A stretch of DNA of 64,000 nt from Eledone cirrhosa (GCA_964016885.1 OZ024757.1:4774001-4838000), one strand, 5' to 3'; positions 1 to 13,500 are shown, counted from the first letter of the stretch. The notes: a model not told the origin generated them from the letters alone. Numbers and translations are program-made.

Positions 1-226
1 AATAACAGGCGGTGTATATATATATAAACATGTTAGTTAGGTGTGTAGCTACAGTAACAGGCGGTATATATATATACACATGTTAGGTGTGTATATATAT
101 ATGTTAGGTGTGTAGCTACAGTAACAGGCGGTGTGTACATATATATATATGTTAGGTGTGTAGCTACAGTAACAGGCGGTGTGTACATATATATATGTTA
201 GGTGTGTAGCTACAGTAACAGGCGGT
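1..226. repeat. ~46-48 bp minisatellite (GTTAGGTGTGTAGCTACAGTAACAGGCGGTGTGTACATATATA)
   Basis: 4-5 near-identical units with variable TA spacer. Confidence 0.85.
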
Positions 227-478
227 ATGCTCCACAAAGCACTCAATACTGTTACGAGGTCCATCTCATGTTCTCCACAGTTAAGGCTACTGTAGAGTGT
301 AAATAGATTAAGTAGAATCCAAGTCAGTGTTGCAGCATATTGATGCTGAAGCAATTATAATGTAATGATTCTACTCTCTCTCTCTCTTCTATATATATAT
401 TGGGACCCGAGAGTAGATGTCCATTAGTGGAGACTCCGTTATATCTGTAATGTATCTTTTGATTTTTATTATTTCCAG

Positions 479-632
479 GCCCTTCATCAAATAAAACAGG
501 GCCAAATCTGTTCTGTGGAACTTTCCAAAAAATGTGTCCAGCGAGCCAAAAGTTTGCGGGAGTTGAATATATTCATCACAGAATGTTATACCAATACCGA
601 CCACCAGGGAGAGCCACAGACACTTCATGATG
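479..632 (+). CDS. QRSL1: Glutamyl-tRNA(Gln) amidotransferase subunit A, mitochondrial; internal exon (N-terminal region)
   Basis: ttccag acceptor and gt donor; translates ALHQIKQGQICSVELSKKCVQRAKSLRELNIFITE..., resembling the GatA N-terminus; 154 nt with a phase-1 end that joins the next exon (G+AA=Glu). Confidence 0.8.
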
Positions 633-902
633 GTATTAATAAAACAGGTAAATTTGTTTGATACACATAACCACTGCATGGCAGCTTAACTGACTTGTAA
701 CTTGGCTACAGGTTCACCAACAGTATGACAGGGAAATTTGGTAAATAGAACCTGTCAACAATACCCTTGTATGTGTGTGTGTATATATATATATGTATAT
801 AAAGAATTCAAAGTTTGAAAGCCACAAAAATACAGGTTTAGACAGAGAATTATTAAATTGTAAGAAACAGAGCTTGTTTTTTTACCTTAATTTATTCAGA
901 TG

Positions 903-941
903 TCCTGATATTTCGAGATAAATATCTCTTCTTCCAAGGAA
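903..941 (-). ncRNA. Degenerate minimal hammerhead-like motif 3' of the Penelope-like ORF
   Basis: Minus strand reads TCCT-TGGAAGA-A-GAGATA-TT-TATCTC-GAAA-TATC-AGGA: stems I and II and GAAA present, CUGANGA core has two mismatches. Confidence 0.4.
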
Positions 942-1349
942 AATAAAGGAACTACTCCAGTGTCCGATGTGGCTTGCTATACCATTCTGACTGGAAGTGG
1001 TTTATTATTATTTTTTTCTAACCTCTTTTGTTTTAAAAACTAAGGTCTGGACAAGTCAAAGGGCACAGAGTTGTTTCCCTTTAAATCCGCTTAGACGCAT
1101 ATATATTAATACACACTGACACACAAGTACATGCATACATGTGTGTGCGTAAGCACACACGTAAATATGTAAACGCGCATCGGTAGAATTGTGTAAATAT
1201 ATGAATGCATATACACGATTTCTCCCGGATGGATAATGTGGTCGTAAGCAGGCCTATGTGTGCCCTTATGTGTAGTCTAGTAGCCTTCTATTCTTTTACC
1301 TGTTTCAGCCATCCGGCTGAGGCCATGCTGGGGCACCATTGTGTGCTTA

Positions 1350-2790
1350 GTTCTAGTCTATTACAGTTTTACAGGTGTGTTCTGGCTATGATTAATGCTT
1401 CCTTAATTCTGAGATTACCGAGGTTTCTTTCTTTTGTTTCAACCTTGACTGTTATTTTTTTGTGGTGATTTTGCATTTCTCTAAGTGTTTCTTGAAAGAG
1501 GAAGTGTTAGTGTTAATGTGTTCCTTAATCCTGATGTGTTGGTGTCTGGTGGTGCCACCTATATAGAAGTTGTCACATTTATCACACTGAACTCTATACA
1601 TGACATATCCTTGATGGCATATGTCTGTGTTATTGATGGGGCAGTTGGCCAGCGTGCAGCATCTGTTGTGTTCTCTAGGGCGTCTCCTAGATAGTTGTCC
1701 GCGTAGTGAGGGCCCCGAGTGAGCTAGCTGTAAGTCTAATCCTTCTCTTCGGATGACTCTGAGATTGGCTGTTGTGTCATCACTGAAATGTGGGAGCTTC
1801 AGGAAGCAGGGCTTGGTGGAGTTCATGCTTCGAATTTGGCGTTTCCTATTTCTAACGCGGTTCACGGTGGATGTCGGGTAACCGTTTAGCTTAAGTACTT
1901 CCAAGAAGTGTGTGTTGTGTGTGTCTCGGTCTTCTGTGATGCTGCATTTATTCAAGATAAGTGTCAGTTCACTCCTTATGTATCTGGACTTGGCACCAAG
2001 GGGGAGAGCCGATTTGAAATGGACAAACAGGTCCCTGCTGGTGGCTTTTCTGTAGAAGCTGGTGTGGATGCTTGCTTCTTCCGTTACCCTGAATTGGAAA
2101 TCTAGCAGGGAGAGGGATCCATTGTCATCTGGGTGTTCCATGCTGAACCTTATGTTAACGTCGATGCTGGAGAATGTTGTGTATATTTTGTCTGCTTCTT
2201 CACGGGATGGTGTAAGGATGAGTATGTTATCTTCATATCGGGTGAAGAAGGCATCGGAGTGGCAGGTGTTGAGGGCCCAACTTTCCAGATGCTTTATATA
2301 AGTGATGGCCAGCAGGCCTGATAGGCAGGGTCCCATAGTTATATAAGAGGTGGCCAGCTGGCCTGATAGGCTGGGTCCCATAGGTAGTCTTGTTGTCTGT
2401 CTGTATGTGTGATGGTGGAAGGTGAAGTATTATCCACTGGGATAGTTAGGAGCTGGTGTATGTCTGCCAGATTGAGGCCATAGTAGTAAATGTTCTCAGA
2501 GACTATACAGTCAGTCAATCGCAGCGGTGGAAGTGCATCAGAGCTTCTGTTCATTATAGTTCTCCAGACCATAACAGACAGGCTGTCCATGGGAACTTCT
2601 GTGCTAATGACCTGGTATGCCTGAGCTGGGCTGTGGAGTGGGCTCCAGCTGGCCTACAAAATGGCTCAAATAGGTTGTATTTATGACCTCTGCTGGCTAT
2701 TGGTGCCAATGGTCAGTATGCCTGAGCTGGACAGTGATGTGAGCTCCTTCTGGCCTCCAAAATGGCTCAAATAAGTTGTATTTATCACCC
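1350..2790 (-). mobile_element. Decayed Penelope-like retroelement (RT + GIY-YIG endonuclease)
   Basis: MGPSLSG (RT motif B'), RYEDN (mutated YxDD), SLLDF, YRK, Cys linker, VMYRVQC...FYIGGTTR...RIKEH GIY-YIG; frameshifted. Confidence 0.85.
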
Positions 2791-3272
2791 CTGCTAAACT
2801 CGCTCCCATGTATCCCCATCAAGGTACTGGTTCCACTGAATTGGGTTGGGTGTGAAAGCGAGAGCTTGGTGCTATAACCAATGCAATGGTTGGATTACAC
2901 TGTCCTAAACTGCAGATACTTGCAGCTGGGCACCTCTTGTGAGACAAATCACCTGAAGAAACTGCATTGAAATGAACTTACACCGTAAATTCCTTCACTG
3001 AATCTAGCTCAACCCACCTCGAGTGAACTACCGCCATAACCCACCCCAGGTGGACTGCCACCACAGGTACAAGTAATTAAGTGTGGAGGAGTTAGACAGC
3101 AGTTGTGAGAGCTGATCTGAAGCTGACATGGGATATGATGAAGGATGACAAGAAGTGGAGGAATGTTATTTGACTGGAAGTGTAGTTTATTGGTCCTTGA
3201 GGGATTAGAATGCTTAATGTAAAGGGCCATAACTTTGCAAAACATTTTGTCTGATGCTCTAACGACTCTGAC

Positions 3273-3430
3273 AATAATAATAATGATTCCTGCTATAGGC
3301 ACAAGGCCAGCAATTTAGGGAGAGGGGAAATTCGATTAAATCGATCTCCAGTGCATTACTGGTACTTTATGTTATCGACCACGTAAGGATGAAAGGCAAA
3401 GTTAACCTTGGTGGGATTTGAACTCCTGAG
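3273..3430 (-). mobile_element. tRNA-derived SINE fragment (family 1; further copies ~4422-4660, ~30800-31000, ~46520-46720)
   Basis: GAGTTCAAATCC B-box followed by CTTTGCCTTTCATCC...GTCGATAA...AGTACCAG core and a (TTA)n tail. Confidence 0.7.
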
Positions 3431-3559
3431 TTTGAATAAGGATAAGATGGAAAAAGTTTAGGGAACTACTCCCACAGTTGACAACAAAAGGTTTCTCCCT
3501 ATGTACATTTTTCCCCCCAAGCCCCTCCAACCTCCCCAGTATCCACTGTGTTGTGTTGG

Positions 3560-3810
3560 TAAAACAGTAAAGGTGCCCAGTCCACTGTAAAGTGATCATG
3601 TAGGTGTTACGACAAAAAGCACCCAGCACATACTGTCAATGTGGTTGGCATTAGGAAAGGCATCCAGCCATAGAAAACCAGCCAAGCCAGAAACTCTCCT
3701 ATATGACTGAGATACGGTCACCCAACCCAACTTGCCTGTAAATGGGACAGACTCATCTAACCCATGCTAGCGTGGAAGATAGACGTTAATTGACGATGAT
3801 GATGATGTAC
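3560..3810 (+). mobile_element. RTE-tailed SINE body (family 2; further copies ~5550-5870 -, ~8110-8380, ~8403-8620 -, ~14995-15350 -)
   Basis: AAAAAGCACCCAG...TTAGGAA(A/G)GGCATCCAGC...CCATGCTAGCGTGGAA...GACGTTAA...(GAT)n tail recurring in many copies. Confidence 0.75.
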
Positions 3811-3877
3811 AAAAGGATGACTGTATGACGTCTGTGTGAAGTGTGATCCTGTGAGGTAGTGAAACATGGGCAGTGAC

Positions 3878-4421
3878 TATATTTTTTTATCCCATTAGTA
3901 AAATAAGTTGGATTACTTTGAATAAATAATGAATGACTATTACATAATTTATCCACTAAATTTGTGGCTGTTGGTTAAATATATTTTATTGTCCATTTAA
4001 AGACTCACTTCTTTAAAATTTTCAAATGTCAACACTTCCGGTTAGCGATCGCTTAAATAAACATTCATATATTTCCATCACTAATTTTCTCCTAATGCAG
4101 TTTATATATAATATCGTCTTTGGATTACGTTACTGATTACATAAGACAGTGTAACATAGACTTCGTTCAATTTCTGTGTATTATATATTGTCAATTACGA
4201 TTTTATTTGATGTATCATATCTACATGTATATATACTTGCGTATAATATCAATATACACACTACACGTGTATCATATCTACATGTATATATACTTGCGTA
4301 TAATATCAATATACACACTACACATGTATCATATCTACATGTATATATACTTGCTTATAATATCAATATACACACTACACATGCTAGCAGAAAACCACCC
4401 GAAAGGTGGTTTTTCTGCTAG
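3878..4421 (+). mobile_element. Non-autonomous Helitron-like element with internal 57-bp x3 repeat
   Basis: Ends in hairpin CTAGCAGAAAACCACC-CGAAA-GGTGGTTTTTCTGCTAG then T; a second copy lies in reverse at 59541-59870. Confidence 0.6.
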
Positions 4422-4680
4422 TAATAATAATAATAATGGTTTCTGATTTAGGCTCAAGGCCAGTAATTTTAGGGGGAAGAGGGAAAAGTCAACTAAATTG
4501 ACCCAGTGCGTTACTGGTACTTTTTATCAACCCCATAATGAAGACAAAACTAACCTCGGCAGGATTTAAACTCAGAATGTGAAGGGCTGTAATTCTATGC
4601 CACGACACATGTTGTTCAACGCTCTACCGACTCCTGCCAAACTTCCACCCTTAATAATAATAACGTCTTTCTTGTTTCAG

Positions 4681-4885
4681 AAATGAGCGGCTGCAGCCCT
4701 CCGTTACTTCAAGGTCTGCCATTTGCTGTTAAAGATAACTTCAATACTAAAGATGTCCGTACGACATGTGCCTCTGCAATGTTACGCAACTATGTAGCGC
4801 CTTATAATGCCACAGTAGTAGACAAGTTGTTACAACATGGTGCCACACTTCTGGGAAAGACAAATATGGATGAGTTTGCCATGGG
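4681..4885 (+). CDS. QRSL1: GatA amidase exon
   Basis: tttcag/gtaagt boundaries; [12 protein letters not shown]...[13 protein letters not shown] amidase motif with catalytic Lys. Confidence 0.95.
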
Positions 4886-4889
4886 GTAA

Positions 4890-5106
4890 GTAATGGTGGT
4901 GGTGGTGGAATGATGGTATAGTGGTGGTGATATGGTGGTGGCAGTGGTGTGGTGATATGGAGTGGTGGTGGTGTTATGGTGGTATGGTGGTGGTAGTGTG
5001 GTAATGGTGGTATGATGGTATGGTGGTGGTGTGGTGATGGTGTAGTGGTGTGATGATGGTGGTATTGTGGTGGTGATGATGTTAATAGTAATAATGGTGA
5101 TGATGG
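4890..5106. repeat. (GGT)n/(GAT)n degenerate microsatellite
   Basis: Direct inspection. Confidence 0.9.
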
Positions 5107-6053
5107 TAAAAGATTGGACCAAGGTTTGTCCCTGGTCTCTCCAATTTGTGATATTGTTAACCCTTTCAATACCAATCCAAGCCCTTCTTACTCTTGTTGG
5201 AGGAACCCTCGCTGGTTGACCTCCACTGCTTTTGGTTTGGGCCATGTCTTCAGGGGTTAGCTAATTATGGGTGGTTGAGGCTGTTTAACCCATAATTGGG
5301 GTTGTAGGCATTTGACTCTGAGTTCTTTCGCTCTTTAACAGCTCTTGTTTTTTGTGCTGTTGGGGTTCCACTTATCCTCCTCACCAGATCAGGGTCTTGT
5401 GGGGGGAGCTGGTTTAGTTGCTGACCACTCGACCGTGAAGCAGGTTGTACTGGGTTATTTGATACAGCAGCAAGCGGAAGCCTGGCCTGACCTCACCTGT
5501 CCAAAATTTTCTGTTTTAATGAAACAAAACCATCCATTTAGATGGTTCTTCTTCATCATCACCATTTGACATCCATTTTCCACATGAGCATATGTTAGAT
5601 GAGTTGTCCTGCTGTGAGACAATTCAGGTCAGATGACTTGCTCATACAGAACTGATTTTGGCTTGGTTTTTATGGCTTGATGCCCTTCCTAATGCCAACC
5701 ATATTTACAGTGAGTACTGGGTGCTTTTTTGTCACGTCACTTGCATGACCACTTTACAGTGTGGACTGGGTGCCTTGTATTGTTGCACTGTAACGACCAC
5801 TTTACAGTGTGGATGGGTGCCTTGTATTGTTGCACTAATGACCACTTTACAGTGTGGACTGGGTGCTTTCAACAAAATGTTATATAAGCGTTATTGTTGT
5901 GTTACAAAATCATCTTGAATTAAATTGAATAGTTTTAGTAAATCCCTCCAAATTCTTCATTGGTCAATGAAACTCAGTATTTTAGCAGAAATATGGTAAT
6001 AGAAGGGTCAAATTGCATTCCTTGGTTTACTAATTGTGATGTTTGTAATCCAG

Positions 6054-6380
6054 GGTTGGCAGCATTGATGGCTATTTTGGGCCTGTGAGGAATCCTTGGA
6101 AATATCCATTTGACCACACCAATATCAAACATTCAGACACTGACCAACACAAAGCAAATTTAGAGAGTAACAAACCTGTTTACTCGACCCTCACAGGAAA
6201 CAAGGGAGTGGACAATTGGTCAGGGATCCATCAAGGAAAATATAGAAACCAGCAGACAGACACCAACTTGTTGGACCATCATAATCGACACAAGCAAGGG
6301 TTAGACGATGTTGATTGGTTTATTACTGGAGGAAGTTCCGGTGGGAGTGCTGCAGCTGTGGCTTCAGGAGTTGCATTTGG
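6054..6380 (+). CDS. QRSL1: GatA amidase exon
   Basis: atccag/gtaaga boundaries; VGSIDGYFGPVRNPW...DWFITGGSSGGSAAAVASG amidase signature; phase compatible. Confidence 0.95.
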
Positions 6381-6699
6381 GTAAGATGTTGTTTTGTTTT
6401 TGTTTCTTATTGTCTGTTGTACTATGTTCATTTCAGCCCTGGTCAAAGTCTGGTCAGTTTCTAACAAACATCTGTACACACCTCTACATGTTGTTATTGT
6501 CGTTGTTTAGCCCAAGGTCAGACCTGGTCTAGCTGACCTATGATCAGTAGTGTACTCTACCTAATAAATATATACAATAAAATCTCACACAAATAATATA
6601 GTTGAAAATCTTTCATTAATTGTGGAGTTGTTTAGAAAGGTGAAAACAACAAACAAAGAGGAGATAACTCCAACAAGATCAGTATTTAAAAGCTTTTTC

Positions 6700-7120
6700 T
6701 CCTTACGAGGATCGTGAAGGCAGAGTCCTCAGACACACCTTCCAGCAGGTCCTGTCAGAAACAAACAACCATCTCCAACTGATCCAGCTGGATTCCCAAA
6801 TGAGACCAACCAAACTCATGGAAGTTATCCAACCATCTTGTTCAGGGTCTACCCCTGGGTCTCTTGCCGATTGCTTTTACCCATAAAATCTGTCCAGTGA
6901 TTCTTTCCTGAGACATTCTAACCACATGCCCATAGTATCAGAGCTGTGATCTCTCAATTCAGAGAATTAGCAGCTCTACCTTCGGAAAAACCCCATTTCA
7001 CCCACTTGTATTCGCGATCGTATTCTTTTGATCATTACCCAAGATTCATGACCGTAGGTAAGGGTTGACACGAATACCGAATGAGAGTGAGTTTGGCTTT
7101 TACGCCTACCTTTCTTCTTC
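6700..7120 (-). mobile_element. RTE-like LINE 3' fragment
   Basis: Minus strand gives GHVVRMSQERITGQIL...GKRPRGRP-RW; same family as 60580-60870. Confidence 0.65.
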
Positions 7121-7250
7121 TGATTACTGAATATTGAAACATTTGAAAGTATTTAAAAGCAATTGAGGATATCAACAGACATGTTTCAGCCCTATTAGAT
7201 CTCCTCAGCTGACTAGACAATTCTTCTTTCTCTATTTCCTCTTAAAACAG

Positions 7251-7426
7251 GGCTCTTGGTTCAGACACAGGGGGTTCTACAAGAAACCCCGCAGCCCACT
7301 GTGGAGTTGTTGGTCTAAAGCCAACCTACGGACGTTTATCAAGGCATGGACTCATCCCTCTTGTCAATTCTTTAGATGTTCCGGGCATTTTGGCTAAAAC
7401 AGTCGATGACGCTGCCTTTATATTCA
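7251..7426 (+). CDS. QRSL1: GatA amidase exon
   Basis: aacag/gtgagt boundaries; [55 protein letters not shown] (catalytic Ser region). Confidence 0.95.
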
Positions 7427-9137
7427 GTGAGTATCTCACAGTCTCTTATCTGGGGTTGATGGAGGGCAAGGAACTCATGAAGGGGTCAAGGGATCAAGGA
7501 ACTCATGAGTAATATATATAGAGAGTGTGTGGTGCAGAGATCGGGGAGACCACTAATCACGGGAGTACTCAATGCATGGGGACTTGCAGAGTGGGTAGAG
7601 ATATGAGACCCATTATATCACTCAACAAAGCTAAATGAACAATAAACTTAATTTATACAAATTTAAATGATATACAAATAACCTTCTGCATATATCTAGT
7701 ATCAGCAACTAGTACCATGTACATATATCTAGTATCAGCAACTAGTATCATGTACATAATACTAGTTGTTTCTCAACTAGTATTATGAAGAAGGTTTTTT
7801 GATATTGTTTATATATATATGTATATCGAGATATTTGGCGCCACAGTAATACAGAAGACCCGCGTTCCCTATGTGCAAAGTTAACCTACAGTCAGTAGAC
7901 CCCTCCAAACCAAACATACACCCTAATCCACTACCCCTACTCCACCCTTCCACTCCCACCAACACCACCCTTTCTCTATAAAGTTATGTTGGTATCACAA
8001 CATCCAGTCCAAACTAATGAGGTCGTCTAGGTGTCACGACAGAAAAAAAGAGGGAGAGAAAAAGGGAAAAAAAGAAAAGGTAGGGAAATAACAAAAAAAT
8101 AAAACAGTCATCATCATCATTATCATCGTTTTACGTCCGTTCTTCCACGCTAGCCTGGGTTAGACGGGTTGTCCTGTTGTGGGCAGTGTCCAGTCGGCTG
8201 ACCTTGTCTTGCTCATATGGGAAGTAAATGTCGCTGGTGTTAGAAACGGCATCCAACCGTAGAAAACCTGCCAGATAGTCCTATACGAGTGAGACACAGT
8301 CACCCGACCAATCTTACCTCAAATGGGACAATTCCCGTCTAACCCATGCTAGCGTGGAAGATACATTAAATGATGAGGATATATATATATATATATATAT
8401 ATATCATCATCATCATCATCATTGTTTGATGACCATTTTCCACTCTAGCATGGGTTAGACGGGAATTGTGCCATTAAAGGAGGGCAGGTCAAGTCAGGTG
8501 ACCGTATCTTGTTCATATAGAAATGTTTCTGGCTTGGTCTCTACAGCTAGATGCCCTTCCTAATGCAAACCACATTTACAGTGTGGACTGGGTGCTTTTT
8601 TTGTGTTACCAACATGACTTAACAGTGTAAGGGTGGTGCGGACAGAGGTGTATGGAAGGGTGTATGGTGCTTAAGAGGTGCCTACTGCACATGTGTATAA
8701 TGCTATGTTGGAGCAACAATACTAGCATTGTTTTAATTTTAGCCTGGCCAGCTCCGTATACAAATGAGTTTCATCAGTTCATATACTTAAGCGAAAAATA
8801 TAGAATAGTTTAGCTTACTTTTGTCTCAGCGGAAACTAGATGGATATGCAGCCATGACAACTGCAAACAAGTGAGAAACAACATGGATGAGTGTCTGTGG
8901 TCATAACACTAAAATCTTCATAGCAGAATTCTATCAAATGTTTTTCAAAAACACCCTGTATGTTCTACGTACACAAATATATTCTACTCAATAAAATAAT
9001 GCACAAATTTTCAATGTATATTGGAGAAGTAAATAATATACCACTAAAACAGTCCACCCTGATAGGTTTTTAAGGAGAGGTTTCAATGAGAAGGATGAGT
9101 TTAGTGAAGTGAAAGTAGCTTCTCAGGCTGAATTGTA

Positions 9138-9720
9138 TTATGTCTGAGATTTCCATGCTCCGTAATTCAGAACTTGCTTCGTAAGAAGGCGAGAGACTGC
9201 ACTGAATCCTCTCTTAACCAGATATGATGTTGGAAAGGCAATGAAGAACAATTTGACATTCTTCCAAAGCTCTCGATAGCAGCCACGGATAGCATTATGA
9301 AGCCGAAATTCTTGATAACCCTTACAGAATTTAGACTTCAATTCAATGTCATTTTGAAGAGTTATCAGTTCCTCTTCTCTCTCCACTCCTTGTCAATGAA
9401 GGGGTAAACAATCTATTCAAGGACTCAAATAGCAAACTGATCATGAAATCATCACTCCATATCTTCATTCAGTGAGGTGAGGTGGGAGAAAAAGACAAGC
9501 AGATCCTCATCTGGAAATTTTCCATTCTTTTCAAAAGCAGACGAGCAAGGAAACTGGAAAAGCTTGCTGCGTCCAATGTTGCACTTATACATAAGTTTAG
9601 CTTGAAATGTTGAGATGGTTGACTTCACTTGGAGGAGATTAACTCCATCTCCTTGCAGCAGCTTATTCACTTTATTGAATTGAGTGAATAAGTCAGACAA
9701 TTACGCGATATCCTTCTTTA
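9138..9720 (-). mobile_element. hAT (Buster/Charlie, SCAND3/FAM200-like) transposase C-terminal relic
   Basis: DLFTQFNKVNKLLQG...FQFP and LFFIAFPTSYLVKRGFSAV (hAT dimerisation-domain motif); interrupted frames. Confidence 0.8.
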
Positions 9721-10082
9721 TGCTTTTAATAGTTTTTTGCCTAATTCTACTTTTAAGTTGAGCCAATTTATCCAACTTCATATGCAGATAAGGCTAATCA
9801 GCCCACCTACACAGGCGGAAACACTATATATTTTCACCTGTTTCAAATTCTAGCAGACATCAAGGGAAATCATTGATTGTCTTGATGAGTGCCAGAGCTT
9901 GAAATACATACAGAGTTATCACCCGCTACTTCTGCTGGAATCCGCTAGATGGTGCTGGGCTTTCAAAATGTGTATTTATCAAGCATACCGTACATCTTTA
10001 GATATATGAAATTAACATATATGTATGTATACAGCTGTGGCAGATATAAATTTTAATATATATATATATATATGATTGTCAG

Positions 10083-10195
10083 ATATATTACGAGGTGTTG
10101 ACGTAAAGGACTCTACTACAGTGACTGACAAATTGCAGCCCCTCTCCATTGATGACCATCCCTCCATGGCTGGGATAACAGTGGGCATTCCTAAG
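10083..10195 (+). CDS. QRSL1: GatA amidase exon (last one visible)
   Basis: gtcag/gtaggt boundaries; ILRGVDVKDSTTV...ITVGIPK matches the GatA DxxDSTT...IGIPK segment; phase compatible. Confidence 0.9.
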
Positions 10196-10235
10196 GTAGG
10201 TGACCTCTTCATTTTATCTCTTTGTCATTTTGTGC

Positions 10236-10541
10236 ACCTCCCCTACCAACATTACCACATCTCCCCTACTAACCACACCACCCCTACCAACATTACCACA
10301 CTCCCCTACCAACATTACCACACTCCCCTACCAACCACAACTCCCCTACCAACCACACCCTCTACAAACCACACCTCCCCTACTAACCACACCTCATCCA
10401 CCAACCACACCGCCCCTACCAACCACACCACCCTTGCCAACATTACCCACCACCCCTACCAACCAACCTCCCACTACCAACCACACCACCCCTACCAACC
10501 ACACCTCCCCTACCAACCACACCTCCCCTACCAACCACACC
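10236..10541. repeat. Degenerate ~21-bp C-rich repeat (CCCCTACCAACCACACCT)
   Basis: Direct inspection. Confidence 0.8.
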
Positions 10542-10589
<48 letters not shown>

Positions 10590-10591
<2 letters not shown>

Positions 10592-13500
10592 CATCATCAT
10601 CATCATCATTTTACATCCGCTTTTCCCTGCTTGCAAGGGTGGGACGGGTCTTATTCAGCACAGCATCTCTCCACTCGTCACGGTCCTTCGTCATCTCCAC
10701 CGTGAGCTTCAATGATCTGAGGTCTGTTCTCACCACCTCCGCCCATGTTTTTCGTGGTCTACCTCTACCACGTCTTCCTTCAACTGGCATTTCCTGGCAC
10801 TTCTTCACCCATCGGTCATCCTCCATGCGCATCACATGTCCATACCACCTCAGTCTCCTCTCCCGTACACTACATTCTATCCCTCTCAGACAGTTTCTCT
10901 CTCAACATATTTATGCTGGGTCATTCACGCACATTACACTGCACATCCAACGGAGCATGCTTGTCTCATTTCTCTCCAGCCGTCGCATATCCTCTGCAGT
11001 TGCTGCCCATGTCTCACTACCATGCAGCATCGCGCTCCTCACACAGGCATCATACAACCGGCCTTTCGTACGCAAGGAGAAACCCTTCTTCGTCAACAGA
11101 GGAAGCTGCTCCCTGAACTTCTTCCAACCCGTCCTTATTCTAGATACTATGGCCTCGGAACACCCTCCTCCCATGCTAATCTGATCTCCTAGGTACCTGA
11201 AGCTATCCACCACTTCTATAGCGCCCTCCTGCATTTGAAAAATGTGTCTATCAATGCGACTTCTACTGTCTAATTTCCCTGTACATCTACTGCATACATA
11301 TTTCTCCCTACCTGTTAGTTTGCCTGCTATCCCGCTACATCTCTTGTGTACCCAGGATCTGCATTGTGTGCATTTTATAGAATTTATGCCAGTTCCTTTT
11401 CTGCATATCGAACATGGCCATTTCCCTGACGGAATCAAGGTTTTGTCCTCTTTTCTACTCATCAACACTTTTGTCTTAGCTAGATTCACTCTCAGTCCTC
11501 TTGCTTCCAACTGCTGTTTCAATAGCCAGAATTTATTCTCTAGCTCCTCTACTGATTCTGCTATAAGAACCAGATCGTCAGCATAGAGAAGTTCCCATGG
11601 ACAGCCAGTCTTAAACTCCTCTGTTATTGCTTGGAGGACTATAATGAACAAGAGCGGGCTGAGGACCGAACCCTGATGTACTCCTACTTGTATCTGGAAT
11701 TCCTCACTAAACTCCATTCCTACCCTGACTTTACTGATAGTACCTCTGTACAAAGTTTGCACTGTCCTCACAAGCCATTCCTCAACACCTAGCTTCCTTA
11801 GGGACCACCAGATGACAGATCGGGGTACCCTATCAAAGGCCTTCTCTAGGTCAACAAAGGCTAAGTATAGTGGCTTATTCTTCTCTAAGAACCTCTCTTG
11901 CAATTGTCTCACCAAGAAGAGGGCATCTGTTGTACTCTTCCCAGGCACAAAACCAAACTGCATCTTATCTAGTTTGACCCTTTCTCTAATTAGTTGTGCT
12001 AAAATCCTTTCTGCCACTTTCATAACCTGATCTATCAGTTTTATACCCCTATAATTGCTCCTCTCCAGAGCATCCCCTTTACCTTTGTAGCAATTTATGA
12101 GAATACTGCTGCACCAGTCTTTGGGTATGACACCAGCATATATAGCCTGATTGATGATGCGTGCAACCAGTTTAGTGCCTACGTCCCCTGATGCCTTCAG
12201 CATCTCAGCAACTATTCCCGATGGTCCGGCAGCCTTACCATTTTTTATTTCCCTAATCGCCTCTTGGACCCTATATTCGCCAATCTCAATAGCTGGTCCC
12301 CCTGTCGGATCTACCAAGGGTAATTTCTCTCTCTCCCATTTGTTCTCCACATTCATCAGTCTCTCATAATGACATTTCCAGGCCTCCTTTTTCTGATCAT
12401 TCGTGACACTAAGTACACCGGCATCATCCCAGACACATTTATCTCCAACAACATCCTGATTTGCATTGACACACTGCCTTGCAATGTGGAACACCGCACG
12501 CCTCTGATCTTGCCGTCGCAGAACATTGGCAAACCTGCTACTCTCTGCCTCTCTGCGTGCTAAGTACACCTGACGTCTAGCTTCTCTCTTAGTGGCTGTA
12601 TATTCTTCCCTACTCCCACCCTTTTTCCAAGCCTTCCATGCTAGTCTTTTGTCTCTAATAGCCTTATCTATTGTGCTGTTCCACCACCAGGTCACTCTCT
12701 GTCTGGTTGGAGCTCTGCTCCAGCGACAAGTTTCATCAGTAGCCTGCAGCAAGTTGCCGCGTAAGAAATTCCAGTTATTATCTATGTCATACGTCTCTAA
12801 ATCGTCTTCTTTTTCGTCATATACATCTTGAAGGGCTTTCCTAAATTTGTATTTTAGCTTCCAGACCTTTCTTCTCCACACCTTCCTATATGTCTCATTC
12901 CATCTCTTGCTTACTGAGATATCACTAACAACTAACCTATGCCGTGGGGTACATTCTTCCCCAGGGTATGCCTTGGTATTAGACACTATCTGCCTGTCCC
13001 GTTGCCTAACTAGTAAGAAGTCAATCTGGCTTATGTGCTCACCAGATTTGTAGGCTATTAGGTGATTGGCAGGTTTCTGGAAGTTTGTGTTGCAAATAGT
13101 CAATGTACCTGCATCACAAAATTGAAGAAGTCCCACTCCTTCTTCATTTCTTGAACCGTAACCGTGGCCACCATGTACCCCACTGTAACCTTCCTGGAGC
13201 TGTCCAACATGGCCATTGAAGTCTCCTGCTAGCATAACGATGTCTCTGTCCTCTGTCATTGCGGCAAAAGTTGCTCATAAAAGCAGTCTTTCTCATCTTT
13301 GCCTAGGCCTGCTTGGGGAGCATAGGCCGAGATGATTGTCAGTAGTCTCCTACCTACAACTAATCTAAGGTTATTTATTCGATTACTAACTCGAACTACC
13401 TCTATTGTCTTATTGATCCATTTCTCAGCCAGGAAAATGCCTACTCCCCCTAACCCATCATCCTTACCTACCCAGAATAGCTTATAGCTAAGACGTTTGC

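Noticed and set aside
389-679. 96-aa minus-strand ORF
   Set aside because: Antisense shadow of the QRSL1 exon at 479-632
4747-5245. His/Pro/Thr-rich ORFs (also 10200-10715)
   Set aside because: Translations of intronic simple repeats
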